A stretch of 64,000 nt of DNA from an uncultured Gemmatimonadales bacterium (GCA_963716255.1 OY970303.1:3648001-3712000); one strand, 5' to 3'; shown: positions 35,155 through 45,017, counted from the first letter of the stretch. A program made the numbers and translations. The notes: generated by a model from the sequence alone, not told the origin.

Positions 35155-38100
35155 ATGTCCCTCCCCTGGCAGATCTGGATCGACACCGGCGGCACCTTCA
35201 CGGACTGCCTGGCGCGCGATCCGGGGGGAGGGCTCCGGCGCGCCAAGGTGCTGAGCAGCAGCGCGCTGCGGGGCACGGTGGTGGAGGCGCCGGACCCGCT
35301 GCGCGTGCGGGTGCGGGAGGACTGGGGCGCGCCGGCGGGGCTGGTGCGCGGCTTCGCGTTCCGGGTGCTGGGGGCGGGCGGGGCGGTGCCGGTGGAGGAC
35401 TACGACCCGGCGGAGGGCGTGGTTCGCCTGGCCGCGCCGCTCCCGGCGCCGCCCGCTCCCGGCGCGGCGTTCGAGGTGCGCTCGCCGGAGGAGGCCCCGG
35501 TGCTGGCGGCGCGGCTGGTGACGGGAACCCCGGCCGGCGCGCCGCTCCCCCCGCTCGCCATGCGGCTCGCGACCACGCGGGGGACCAACGCGCTGCTGGA
35601 GCGGCGCGGCGCGCCCACTGCGCTCTTCATCACCGCGGGGTTCGGCGACCTGCTGGAGATCGGCACGCAGCAGCGGCCCGACCTGTTCGCGCTGCGGGTG
35701 GCGAAGCCGGCGCCGCTGTACGCGGAGGTGGTGGAGGTGCCGGAGCGGCTGGTGGCGGACGGGAGCGTGCTGCGGGCGCTGGACGCGGACGCCCTCGCCC
35801 CGGCCGCCGAGCGGCTGGTGCGCGCCGGGGTGCGGGTGGCCGCCGTGGCGCTGATGCACGCCTTCCGCGATCCCGCGCACGAGCACGCCGTGCGCGACCT
35901 CCTCCTGCGCGCGGGCTTCGAGGCGGTGTCGTGCTCCGCCGACCTGGCCCCCTTCATCCGCCTCCTTCCCCGCGCGCAGACCGCGGTGGTGGACGCGTAC
36001 CTGGGGCCCGTGCTGCACGGCTACCTGCGCGGGGTGCAGGGCGCGCTGGGCGGCGGCCGGCTGCACGTGATGACCAGCGCCGGGGGGCTCGCGCGCCCGG
36101 AGGACTTCCGCCCCAAGGACTCGCTGCTCAGCGGCCCGGCCGGCGGCGTGGCGGGCGCGGCGCTGGCCGGGCGCCGCTCGGGGCTGGCGCGGGTGATCGC
36201 CTTCGACATGGGCGGCACCAGCACCGACGTGGCGCGCTGGGCGGGCGACTTCGAGTACGTGTGGGAGCACGAGGTGGGCGGCGCCCACCTCGTGGCTCCC
36301 GCCCTGGCCATCGAGAGCGTGGCCGCCGGGGGCGGCTCCGTGTGCGCCTCGGACGCGCAGGGGCTGCGCGTGGGGCCGGAGAGCGCGGGCGCCTCGCCGG
36401 GCCCGGCGTGCTACGGCGCCGGCGGCCCGCTCACCGTCACCGACGTCAACCTGCTTCTGGGGCGGCTGGACCCGGCGCGCTTCGGCATCCCCGTGGACCC
36501 CGCCCCCGCGGAGGCCGCGCTGGCGGCGCTGCGCCGCGAGCTGCGGGGGCGCACCGGGGAGGACGCGGGGCGCGAGCCGCTGCTGGCCGGCTTCCTGGAG
36601 ATCGCCGACGAGCGCATGGCCGACGCCATCCGCGGCATCTCGCTGCGGCGCGGCTACGACCCCGCCGAGCACGCGCTGGTGGCTTTCGGCGGGGCGGGGG
36701 GGCAGCACGCCTGCGGCGTCGCGGCGCGCCTGGGGATCCGCACCGTCGTGGTCCCCCCGGACGCGGGGCTGCTGAGCGCGCTGGGGATCGGCCACGCGCC
36801 GCTGGAGCGCTTCGCCGAGCGGCAGGTGCTGCGCCCGCTGGACGAGGCCGCGCCCCACGTGGCCGCCTGGATGGCCGCGATGGCCGCCGAGGCCGCCGCC
36901 GCCGTGGCGCGCGAGGGCGTGGCCCCGGAGGAGATCGTGGTGCGCCGCCGCATCGCCGGGCTCCGCTACGCCGGGCAGGACTCCACGCTGGCGGTGGAGT
37001 GGAGCCCCGGCACCGACCTCCATGCCGCCTTCGAGGCGCGCTACGCCGCGCTCTACGGCCACCGTCCCGAGCTCCGCCCGGCGGAGCTGGAGTCGCTGCG
37101 CGTGGTCGCGTCCACCCGCGCGGCGGACGAGGCCCCGCTCCCGCCGCCCGCCCCGTACGCGCCGGAGCCGGAGGGCCGCGCCTGCGCCTGGCTGGGCGGC
37201 GCCTGGCGCGACGCGCCCGTCTTCGACCGCGCGGGGCTGCGCCCCGGCGCGCGCGTCGCCGGCCCCGCGCTGGTGGTGGAGCGCCACAGCGCCACCGTGG
37301 TGGAGGTGGGGTGGGACGCGGAGGTGGACGGGGCGGGAGGGCTGGTGCTGCGGCAGGCCTTCGGCCAGCAGCCCTCACCCGGCTCGCTGGAGGCTCGCCA
37401 CCCTCTCCCGATTCCGGGAGAGGGGGCAACGGCGGCAGGCGGGGTCGAGGCCGTCCGCCTGGAGCTCTTCACCCACCGCTTCCGCGCGCTGGTGGGCGAG
37501 ATGGGGGAGCAGCTGCGGCGCACGGCACTTTCCGTCAACGTCAAGGAGCGGCTGGATTTTTCCTGCGCACTGCTGGACCCGGCGGGGGAGCTGGTGGTCA
37601 ACGCGCCGCACATTCCCGTGCACCTGGGGGCGCTGGGGCTGTGCGTGCGCACCGTGCGCGAGGCGGTCGCCATGGAGCCGGGGGACGTGGTGGTCACCAA
37701 CCACCCCGGCTACGGCGGGTCGCACCTGCCGGACGTGACCGTGGTCACGCCGGTGCACGACGGCGGGGGGCGGCTGCTGGGCTACGTGGCCAGCCGCGCG
37801 CACCACGCGGAGATCGGCGGCTCGCGCCCCGGCTCCATGCCGCCCGGCGCGGCCACGCTCGCCGAGGAGGGCGTGGTCATCGCCCCCATGCACCTGGTGC
37901 GCCGGGGGGAGGCGCGCTGGGCGGAGATGCGCGACCTGCTGGCGTCCGGCCCCCACCCCTCGCGCGCGGTGGAGGACAACCTGGCGGACCTGGCCGCGGC
38001 GGTGGCGGCGAACCACCGCGGGGCGGAGCTGCTGCGCGCGCTGGCGGCGGAGCACGGCGCGGCCACGGTGGGCCGCTACATGGACGGCCTGCAGGCGCGT

Positions 38101-38994
38101 GCGGAGGCGCGCGTGCGCCAGGCGCTGGCGCGCATCCCGGACGGAGCGTACGAGGCCGAGGAGCGCCTGGACGACGGCTCACCGCTGCGCGTGCGGGTGG
38201 AGGTGGCGGGCGACGCGGCGCGGGTGGACTTCGCGGGAACGGGGGGCGTGCACCCCGGAAACCTGAACGCCACGCCGGCCATCGTGCGCAGCGTGGTGCT
38301 GTACGTGCTGCGCCTGCTGGTGGACGAGCCGCTGCCGCTCAACGAGGGGCTGCTGCGCGCGGTGGAACTGCGCGTCCCCCGGGGGATGCTGCACCCGGAG
38401 TGGCCGGAGGATCCGGCGCTGGGCCCGGCGGTGGTGGGCGGCAACACGGAGGTCAGCCAGCGCCTCACGGACACTCTGCTGAAGGCGCTCCGGCTGGCCG
38501 CGTGCAGCCAGGGCACCATGAACAACGTGCTCTGGGGCAACGCCCGCTTCGGCTACTACGAGACGGTGTGCGGCGGGACCGGGGCGGGGCCGGGATGGGA
38601 CGGCGCGAGCGCGGTGCACTCGCACATGACCAACACGCGCATCACGGACCCGGAGGTGGTGGAGCACCGCTTCCCGGTGCGTGTGGAGCGCTTCGCGGTG
38701 CGGCGCGGCTCCGGCGGCGCGGGCCGCCGGCGCGGCGGCGACGGCGCGACCCGCGAGCTCGCCTTCCTGGAGCCGGTGTCGCTCTCGGTGCTCACCCAGC
38801 ACCGCGCGGAGGGTCCGTACGGCGTGGACGGCGGGGAGCCGGGCGCCCCCGGGCGCCAGCGCGTGATGCGCGCCACGGGCGAAACGCTTGAGCTGGGATC
38901 GGTGGACGGGTGCGAGGTGGGCCCCGGCGACCGCCTGCTGCTGGAAACCCCGGGCGGCGGCGGATGGGGGAGGCCCGGCGCGGACCCCGCGTGA
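35155..38994 (+). CDS. Fused hydantoinase A/B, ATP-dependent 5-oxoprolinase family
   Basis: IDTGGTFTD, LSGPAGGV, FDMGGTSTD, GPESAGA.PGPACYG, SVNVKERLDFSCA, HIPVHLG, GGSHLPD, SQGTMNN, ETPGGGG. Confidence 0.95.
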   Translation: MSLPWQIWIDTGGTFTDCLARDPGGGLRRAKVLSSSALRGTVVEAPDPLRVRVREDWGAPAGLVRGFAFRVLGAGGAVPVEDYDPAEGVVRLAAPLPAPPAPGAAFEVRSPEEAPVLAARLVTGTPAGAPLPPLAMRLATTRGTNALLERRGAPTALFITAGFGDLLEIGTQQRPDLFALRVAKPAPLYAEVVEVPERLVADGSVLRALDADALAPAAERLVRAGVRVAAVALMHAFRDPAHEHAVRDLLLRAGFEAVSCSADLAPFIRLLPRAQTAVVDAYLGPVLHGYLRGVQGALGGGRLHVMTSAGGLARPEDFRPKDSLLSGPAGGVAGAALAGRRSGLARVIAFDMGGTSTDVARWAGDFEYVWEHEVGGAHLVAPALAIESVAAGGGSVCASDAQGLRVGPESAGASPGPACYGAGGPLTVTDVNLLLGRLDPARFGIPVDPAPAEAALAALRRELRGRTGEDAGREPLLAGFLEIADERMADAIRGISLRRGYDPAEHALVAFGGAGGQHACGVAARLGIRTVVVPPDAGLLSALGIGHAPLERFAERQVLRPLDEAAPHVAAWMAAMAAEAAAAVAREGVAPEEIVVRRRIAGLRYAGQDSTLAVEWSPGTDLHAAFEARYAALYGHRPELRPAELESLRVVASTRAADEAPLPPPAPYAPEPEGRACAWLGGAWRDAPVFDRAGLRPGARVAGPALVVERHSATVVEVGWDAEVDGAGGLVLRQAFGQQPSPGSLEARHPLPIPGEGATAAGGVEAVRLELFTHRFRALVGEMGEQLRRTALSVNVKERLDFSCALLDPAGELVVNAPHIPVHLGALGLCVRTVREAVAMEPGDVVVTNHPGYGGSHLPDVTVVTPVHDGGGRLLGYVASRAHHAEIGGSRPGSMPPGAATLAEEGVVIAPMHLVRRGEARWAEMRDLLASGPHPSRAVEDNLADLAAAVAANHRGAELLRALAAEHGAATVGRYMDGLQARAEARVRQALARIPDGAYEAEERLDDGSPLRVRVEVAGDAARVDFAGTGGVHPGNLNATPAIVRSVVLYVLRLLVDEPLPLNEGLLRAVELRVPRGMLHPEWPEDPALGPAVVGGNTEVSQRLTDTLLKALRLAACSQGTMNNVLWGNARFGYYETVCGGTGAGPGWDGASAVHSHMTNTRITDPEVVEHRFPVRVERFAVRRGSGGAGRRRGGDGATRELAFLEPVSLSVLTQHRAEGPYGVDGGEPGAPGRQRVMRATGETLELGSVDGCEVGPGDRLLLETPGGGGWGRPGADPA
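37371..37426 (+). repeat. Family-2 palindromic repeat lying in frame inside the oxoprolinase interdomain linker
   Basis: GCCCTCACCCGGC..GCCACCCTCTCCCG-ATT-CCGGGAGAGGGGG parallels the intergenic 24677-24729; translated as PSPGSLEARHPLPIPGEG. Confidence 0.75.
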
Positions 38995-39119
38995 GGGATT
39001 CCGGCCCGGAGGGGCGAGACCCCGCGGGCAGTTTCGCGGGGGCTCGACTCCGTTACGCACGGTTGTTCCGTGCGTTACGGAGCCGAAGCCCGACCCCGGC
39101 GCCAGCCGGGGGCACGCCC
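38989..39119 (+). repeat. Structured repeat family 1, copy 4
   Basis: Its first bases GCG-TGA are the last codon and stop of the oxoprolinase gene. Confidence 0.92.
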
Positions 39120-39166
39120 GAATTCGCAGTTGAAAGCTGTTTCGACCAACCTGCTGCGGAGGCGCG

Positions 39167-40699
39167 ATGAGCGAGGCAGAGGAACGGAGCACGGGCCTGG
39201 AGCGCGGGCTCGGGCTCGGGGACGCGACCATGCTGGTGATCGGGTCCATGATCGGCTCGGGGATCTTCATCGTCTCGGCGGAATCCACGCGCCTGGTGGG
39301 CTCGCCCGGGTGGCTCCTCGCCGCGTGGGCGCTCGCGGGGGTGCTGACCATCACCGGCGCGCTCTCCTGCGCGGAGCTGGCCGCGATGTGGCCGCGGGCG
39401 GGCGGGCAGTACGTGTTCCTGCGGGAGGCGTACGGGCCGGGGACGGGGTTCCTCTTCGGGTGGGGGCTCTTCCTCGTGATCCAGACGGGGACGATCGCCG
39501 CGGTGGCGGTGGCCTTCGCCTCGTTCCTGGGGGTGCTGGTCCCGGCGGTCTCGCCCGGCGTGCACCTGGTGCCGCCGGTGCACCTGGGGAGCTACGCGCT
39601 GACGCTGACCGTGCAGCAGGCGGTCGCCGTGGCGATGATCCTCCTGCTCACCGCCGTCAACACGCGCGGGCTCACGGCCGGCAAGCGCATCCAGAACGTC
39701 TTCACCGTCACCAAGACGGCGGCGCTGCTGGGGCTGGTCGCCGCGGGGCTGGTGCTGGGGTGGGGCGCCGGGAGCGCGGCGCTCGCCTCGTCGTGGTGGA
39801 ACCCGTGGGCCAACGGGTGGAGCCCGCGCGAGGCGCAGCCGGGCCTGGGCGCGGCCGGCGCCGCGGCGCTGGTGATGCTGCTGGGCCGGGCGATGGTGGG
39901 GCCGCTCTTCGCGCAGTCGGCGTGGAACAACGTGACCTTCGCGGGGGGCGAGGTGCGCGACCCGGGGCGGAACCTCCCGCGCGCCCTGCTGATGGGGTGC
40001 GCGGTGGTGGTCGCGCTCTACCTCCTGGCCAACCTGGCGTACGTGGCCGTGCTGCCGCTGGAGGGGATCCAGGGCGCTCCGCAGAAGCGCGTGGGCGTGG
40101 CGATGATGGAGCGCATCCTGGGCGCGCCGGGCGGGCTCTTCATGGCGGCGGCGATCCTGGTCTCCACCTTCGGCTGCAACAACGGGCTGATCCTGGCGGG
40201 GGCGCGGGTCTACTACGCCATGGCGCGCGACGGCCTCTTCTTCCGCCGCCTGGGGACGCTGAACGCGCGCCAGGTGCCGGCGGTGGCGCTCGTGGCGCAG
40301 GGGGTGTGGGCGGCGCTCCTCACCCTCCCCCGCACCGTGGCCGCGGACCCGGCCGGCGGGGCGCCGGTGTACGGCAACGTGTACACGCAGCTCCTGGAGT
40401 ACATCGTCTCGGTGGACCTGGTGTTCTATGCGCTGATGGTGGGAGCGGTGCTGGTGATGCGGCGGCGCCACCCGGAGCTGGCGCGCCCGTACCGCACCTT
40501 CGGCTACCCGGTCACCCCGCTGCTGTACGTGGCCCTCGCCGCGCTGCTGGTGGTGGACCTGGCGTACCTGACGCCGGCCACCTCCGGCATCGGCTACCTG
40601 CTGGTGCTCACCGGCATCCCGGTGTACCTGGCGTGGCGCCGGCGCTTCGCCGCCTCGCCGGAAAGCGCGCCGGCCGCGGGTCCGGTCACGGCGGGATGA
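39167..40699 (+). CDS. APC-family amino acid permease
   Basis: GSMIGSGIF, ELAAMWPRAGGQYVFL, GGEVRDPGRNLPRAL, RVYYAMARDGLF, RPYRTFGYP; about 12 TM. Confidence 0.95.
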   Translation: MSEAEERSTGLERGLGLGDATMLVIGSMIGSGIFIVSAESTRLVGSPGWLLAAWALAGVLTITGALSCAELAAMWPRAGGQYVFLREAYGPGTGFLFGWGLFLVIQTGTIAAVAVAFASFLGVLVPAVSPGVHLVPPVHLGSYALTLTVQQAVAVAMILLLTAVNTRGLTAGKRIQNVFTVTKTAALLGLVAAGLVLGWGAGSAALASSWWNPWANGWSPREAQPGLGAAGAAALVMLLGRAMVGPLFAQSAWNNVTFAGGEVRDPGRNLPRALLMGCAVVVALYLLANLAYVAVLPLEGIQGAPQKRVGVAMMERILGAPGGLFMAAAILVSTFGCNNGLILAGARVYYAMARDGLFFRRLGTLNARQVPAVALVAQGVWAALLTLPRTVAADPAGGAPVYGNVYTQLLEYIVSVDLVFYALMVGAVLVMRRRHPELARPYRTFGYPVTPLLYVALAALLVVDLAYLTPATSGIGYLLVLTGIPVYLAWRRRFAASPESAPAAGPVTAG

Positions 40700-41334
40700 G
40701 CTTCGCGGGGCACCTGGAGGAGGCGCTGCACGTCAACCGCGAGCGCATGCCGCAGTACGCGAGGCTCACGGGCGGCGAGTCGGAACGGATCTCGCGGCGG
40801 CTGATCCGCTACGAGCGCCTGGCGCTCCCCCTGGCGCGCTGGGTGGACCGGCGGGCGCGGCCGTACAACGCGCGGGGGATCGGGGTGGTGGCGGACGACT
40901 TCGTCCCCATGGCGGGGACGCCGCGGTTCCGCGAGCGCTCGGCGGAGCCGCCGCTCCCGCTCTCCGCCTTCCGCCGCGCCGACGCCCGGCGGATCCGCGG
41001 CGCGCTGGCCGCCGCGCTGAAGGTGGACGGCTTCGCGGGAATCGCGGCGGCGCTCCGGGCGGAGCTGGCCGGACTGGAGGCCGTGCCCGGCTACCACTGC
41101 ATGCTGCGCCACCTGCTGGAGTCCATGCTGCGGGTCGCCACGCTCGCGCCGGCGCACGCCACGCGCGCGGAGGCGGCGGGGATGAAGAGCACGGCGGGCC
41201 TGTCGCGGCTCGTCCTTCGGCTGCACCTGTTCACCCTCCCGGACGCGGCGAAGCTGGACGCGCTCGCCGCGCCCATCCAGGCGCGGGGGATCCCCATCCT
41301 CTGCCAGGACGTCCCGCCGATCCCGCCGGAGTGA
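40696..41334 (+). CDS. Hypothetical protein, 212 aa
   Basis: ATGA overlap with the permease stop; MSFAGHLEEALHVNRER..YHCMLRHLLES..GIPILCQDVPPIP. Confidence 0.75.
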   Translation: MSFAGHLEEALHVNRERMPQYARLTGGESERISRRLIRYERLALPLARWVDRRARPYNARGIGVVADDFVPMAGTPRFRERSAEPPLPLSAFRRADARRIRGALAAALKVDGFAGIAAALRAELAGLEAVPGYHCMLRHLLESMLRVATLAPAHATRAEAAGMKSTAGLSRLVLRLHLFTLPDAAKLDALAAPIQARGIPILCQDVPPIPPE

Positions 41335-41573
41335 CCCGGCGCGCCGCGCGCGCCGGAGCCGCGCGGCGGCGAGCGGCCGTGGCTGCGCCCGGGAGGGGAC
41401 GATTTCCTTGTCCCTCCGCATTGCGCGCTTTACAGTAGAGGCTGGCCGGTATGCACGGTGCCGATCCCGGTGCATACGGCCCGCGGCTCCTTCCCCTCCC
41501 GGAGCCGCCCTCGACCCGCCCGATCCTCCAGCCCCGGCCGACCGACCCCACCCCAGCGACGGAGCCACGGCTC

Positions 41574-42740
41574 ATGAGCAAACTCGACCTCCTCCGCGGT
41601 GCACTGGAAAGGACCCGCTTCGGTGAGCTGAGCCTGGTCACGCCGGACGGCGCCACGCACCGCTTCACCGGCGGCGAGGAGGGCGAGAGCGCGACGATGG
41701 TCCTGAAGAGCTGGGGCGCGGTGGACGCGATCCTGAAGCGCGGGGACATCGGCCTGGGCGAGTCCTACATGGCGGAGCAGTGGGAGTCGCCGGACCTCAT
41801 GCAATTCCTCACCTTCTGCCAGCGCAACCGGAACGAGTTCGGCCGGGTGACCTCGTTCTCCCTGCTGAACAAGCTTCTCTCGCGCGCGACCACGCTCACC
41901 AGCGGGAACTCGCTGGCGGGCAGCCGCAGGAACATCAGCGCCGCCTACGACCATCCGCCGGAGCTGTACCAGGCCTACACGGACCGGATGATGACGTACT
42001 CCAGCGGCTGGTGGGACGGCAGGGAGATGTCGCTGGAGGATGCGCAGGTCAACAAGTACGAGCGCATCCTGTCCCGGCTGGGCCCGCCGCCGCAGCACGT
42101 CCTGGAGATGGGCTGCGGCTGGGGCTATTTCCTGGACCTGGCCGCGTCGCGGGGGTACACGGTCACCGGCTGCACCATCTCGCAGCGCCAGTACGAACAC
42201 GCGCGGGAGGTGAACCGGGAGGCGATCGCCGATGGCCGCGTCACCCTGGTGCTGGACGACTACCGCAACATGCCGGGCAAGTACGACGCGGTCATGTCCA
42301 CCGGCTTCTTCGAGCACGTGGGGGCCAGGTACTGGGTCGAGCACTTCCGCAGGGTCAAGCAGTACCTCAAGCCCGGCGGCGTGGCGATGGTGCAGACCAT
42401 GTTGTGCAACCGGTTCGACCCGCGGAGCGCGAAGAAGCTCAACTTCTTTTCCAAGTACATCTTCCCCGGCGGGGAGTTTCCCTCGATCGGCTCGTTCATC
42501 GTCGCGGCGGAGGAGGCCGGGCTCAAGTGCGAGGAGCACCTCGCCTTCGGGCAGGACTACGCCCGCACCATGCACGAGTGCTGGAAGCGGTTCGCCGTCA
42601 ACAAGGAGGAGCTGAAGCGCAAGGTGGGCTACGACGACGAGTTCATCCGCAAGTGGGAGTTCTTCATCGCGGGCTGGTACGCGATGTTCAGGTCGGGGAA
42701 CTACAACGTGATGCAGGCAAAGCTGGTGCACTGTCCCTGA
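41574..42740 (+). CDS. Cyclopropane-fatty-acyl-phospholipid synthase family methyltransferase (divergent)
   Basis: GDIGLGESYM, SRRNISAAYD, MTYSS, VLEMGCGWG, FEHVG, KYIFPGG, GQDYARTM. Confidence 0.9.
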   Translation: MSKLDLLRGALERTRFGELSLVTPDGATHRFTGGEEGESATMVLKSWGAVDAILKRGDIGLGESYMAEQWESPDLMQFLTFCQRNRNEFGRVTSFSLLNKLLSRATTLTSGNSLAGSRRNISAAYDHPPELYQAYTDRMMTYSSGWWDGREMSLEDAQVNKYERILSRLGPPPQHVLEMGCGWGYFLDLAASRGYTVTGCTISQRQYEHAREVNREAIADGRVTLVLDDYRNMPGKYDAVMSTGFFEHVGARYWVEHFRRVKQYLKPGGVAMVQTMLCNRFDPRSAKKLNFFSKYIFPGGEFPSIGSFIVAAEEAGLKCEEHLAFGQDYARTMHECWKRFAVNKEELKRKVGYDDEFIRKWEFFIAGWYAMFRSGNYNVMQAKLVHCP

Positions 42741-42775
42741 GCGGGTCGCCGACACCTCGATCTCGCAGGCCGACC

Positions 42776-43984
42776 ATGGGCACAATGGATTCGAGCGGCA
42801 TGCAGGCGATCACGACCGGCGTGACGCTCCGCGACGTTGCCGGAGCGGCGCGCACCTACCTGGCGGGGCTCGTCCACCCGGAGGGCTTCGTCCGCGAGAT
42901 GCTGGGCATGGCGGGGATCGAGATCGGCGGCGGCGCTCCGCACGACATCGTGGTGCACGACCGGCGTTTCTACGCGCGCGTGGGCCGGGACGGCGCGCTG
43001 GGGCTGGGCGAGGCGTACGTCGAGGGGTGGTGGGACTGCCCCGCCGTGGACCAGATGATCACCCGTATCCTCCGGGCGAACCTCCCCGAGAGCATCCGCA
43101 GGAACTGGAGGCTCATGGCGGGCGCGCTGCGGGCCCGGCTGTTCAACCTGCAGAGCCTGAGCCGGTCGTTCCAGGTGGGCGAGCACCACTACGACCTGGG
43201 CAACGACCTGTACCGGACGATGCTCGACCGGCGGATGGTCTACACCTGCGGCTACTGGAAGAACGCGGCGACGCTGGACGAGGCGCAGGAGGCCAAGCTC
43301 GACCTGGTGTGCCGCAAGCTGGGGCTGCGCCCGGGGATGCGGGTGCTGGAGCTGGGCTGCGGCTGGGGGAGCTTCGCCAGGTACGCGGCCGAGAAGTACG
43401 GGGTGGAGGTGACGGGCTACTCGGTCTCCAGGGAGCAGGTGGAGCTCGGCCGCGAGCTGTGCGCCGGGCTGCCGGTGGAGCTGCGGCTGGAGGACTACCG
43501 GAGCGCCCGCGGCACCTTCGACCGCGTGCTCTCCATCGGCATCATGGAGCACATCGGGTACAAGAACTACCGCACCTACATGGAGCTGGTCGCCCGCTGC
43601 CTGGCGCCCGGCGGGGTGTCGCTGGTCCACACCATCGGGGGGTCCGGGAGCGAGCCGCTGGCCGACGCCTGGACGCGGAAGTACATCTTCCCCAACGGCA
43701 GCCTGCCCTCCGTCGCGCAGCTGGCACGCGCCACGGAGGGGCTGTTCAACTTCGAGGACCTCCACGGCTTCGGCCCCGACTACGATCCCACGCTGATGGC
43801 GTGGTACCGGAACTTCGTCGGGGCGTGGCCGGAGCTGAAGGCGCGGCTGGACGAGCGCTTCTACCGCATCTGGACCTACTGGCTGCTGATGAGCGCCGCC
43901 GCCTTCCGGGCGCGGCACATCCACCTGTACCAGGTCGTGATGACGCCGCGGGGCGCGCCGCAGCCGGACTGCCGCCTGAGCTGA
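42776..43984 (+). CDS. cfa: Cyclopropane-fatty-acyl-phospholipid synthase
   Basis: LGLGEAYVEGWWD, HYDLGNDLY, MVYTCGYW, AQEAKLDLVCRKL, LELGCGWG, KYIFPNG, DYDPTLMAW. Confidence 0.93.
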   Translation: MGTMDSSGMQAITTGVTLRDVAGAARTYLAGLVHPEGFVREMLGMAGIEIGGGAPHDIVVHDRRFYARVGRDGALGLGEAYVEGWWDCPAVDQMITRILRANLPESIRRNWRLMAGALRARLFNLQSLSRSFQVGEHHYDLGNDLYRTMLDRRMVYTCGYWKNAATLDEAQEAKLDLVCRKLGLRPGMRVLELGCGWGSFARYAAEKYGVEVTGYSVSREQVELGRELCAGLPVELRLEDYRSARGTFDRVLSIGIMEHIGYKNYRTYMELVARCLAPGGVSLVHTIGGSGSEPLADAWTRKYIFPNGSLPSVAQLARATEGLFNFEDLHGFGPDYDPTLMAWYRNFVGAWPELKARLDERFYRIWTYWLLMSAAAFRARHIHLYQVVMTPRGAPQPDCRLS

Positions 43985-44022
43985 TGCCGGATGCGGTTGT
44001 ATCGGGCTAAAGATCAGGGTTT

Positions 44023-44150
44023 GGGCGTGACCCCGGCTGGCGCCGGGGTCGGGCTTCGGCTCCGTAGCAAACGATACTACCGTTTGCAACGGAGTCGAGC
44101 CCCGGCAAACTGCGCCGGGTCTCGCCCCTTCGGGCCGAAATCCCTCACGC
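44023..44150 (-). repeat. Structured repeat family 1, copy 5
   Basis: Reverse orientation; P5 upper stem GCAAACG/CGTTTGC, loop GTAGTAT. Confidence 0.92.
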
Positions 44151-44253
44151 AAGCTCCGGCGCGGCGTCTAGATCCAGCAGGCAGCCGATTCATGGAGCCT
44201 CCGGGGCAGCTCGCGTCCCGGGGGCTCGCCGTCGTCGCGCCGCCGGAGCTCCC

Positions 44254-44329
44254 GGACGTGCTCGGGGCGCCCGATCCAGGCGCGGGGATCCCCATTCTCT
44301 GCCGGGACGGCCCGCCGATCCTGCAGGAG
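44254..44329 (+). pseudogene. Degenerate copy of the 3' end of the 40696-41334 gene
   Basis: Aligns with 41256-41331 (..ATCCAGGCGCGGGG.ATCCCCAT.CTCTGCC.GGACG.CCCGCCGATCC..) with substitutions and 1-bp indels. Confidence 0.75.
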
Positions 44330-44431
44330 CGCTCGGAGTCGGCCGCTCTCTCGGCGCTTGCCGATCAGTTACGGCGTAACCACCTTCCGTTCGGAAGCCG
44401 GCCGTCACGATTCCTGCTGACGAGGAGCCTC

Positions 44432-44668
44432 ATGCCGACGGTGCTGCGCAGTGGCCCGTATCGGTTCTTCTTTTTTGCCGGCGATCGTGCCGAACCGCCG
44501 CACGTACATGTTGAGCGCGAGAGCAATCGGGCCAAGTTCTGGCTGGATCCGGTTCGCTTGCAGGACAGTGGTGGGTTCAGCCGGGTCGAGCTGAACCGCA
44601 TTGCTCTCGTGGTGGACAACAACCGGGACCATCTGCTCGGAGCCTGGAATGACTACTTCAACGACTGA
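44432..44668 (+). CDS. DUF4160 family protein (putative toxin)
   Basis: GAGGAG RBS; MPTVLRSGPYRFFFF..EPPHVHV..AKFWL. Confidence 0.9.
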   Translation: MPTVLRSGPYRFFFFAGDRAEPPHVHVERESNRAKFWLDPVRLQDSGGFSRVELNRIALVVDNNRDHLLGAWNDYFND

Positions 44669-44954
44669 GATCCGCGTGCCCGAGGCTACGGACATCGCGG
44701 TGACGGACGAGTCGCTCACCGTGGAACTGTCCGATGGGCGCACCATCTCCGTACCGCTGGCCTGGTACCCCCGCCTCACACATGCAACGCCGGAAGAGCG
44801 TAGTCGGTGGCGCCTAATTGGCCGTGGTGAAGGAATCCACTGGCCCGACCTAGACGAGGACATCAGCGTCGAGGGCCTTCTCGCCGGTCGTCCCTCCGGC
44901 GAGAGCCAGAATTCGCTGAAGCGATGGCTGGAGCGCCGCCGCGGTGCCGCGTAG
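44649..44954 (+). CDS. DUF2442 family protein (putative antitoxin)
   Basis: LSDGRTISVPLAWYPRL..AT..GIHWPDLDEDISVEGLL; overlaps DUF4160. Confidence 0.92.
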   Translation: MTTSTTEIRVPEATDIAVTDESLTVELSDGRTISVPLAWYPRLTHATPEERSRWRLIGRGEGIHWPDLDEDISVEGLLAGRPSGESQNSLKRWLERRRGAA

Positions 44955-45017
44955 CGGATTCCACACCGATCGCACTCGGGTGGGCAACGGCGTCTTCAAG
45001 AATCCACTACCGTGGGC

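Noticed and set aside
39070..41334. ORFs that begin or run through repeat copies (39070, 43991, 62857) and the recurring peptides REGFRPEG / VTEPKPDPGASRGH
   Set aside because: These are translations of the repeat or spurious 5' extensions; real starts are downstream (40696, 44432) and the 62857 ORF is not a gene
41780..43984. 734-aa fused cfa ORF
   Set aside because: The N-terminal part overlaps the first methyltransferase out of frame; the real gene starts near 42776
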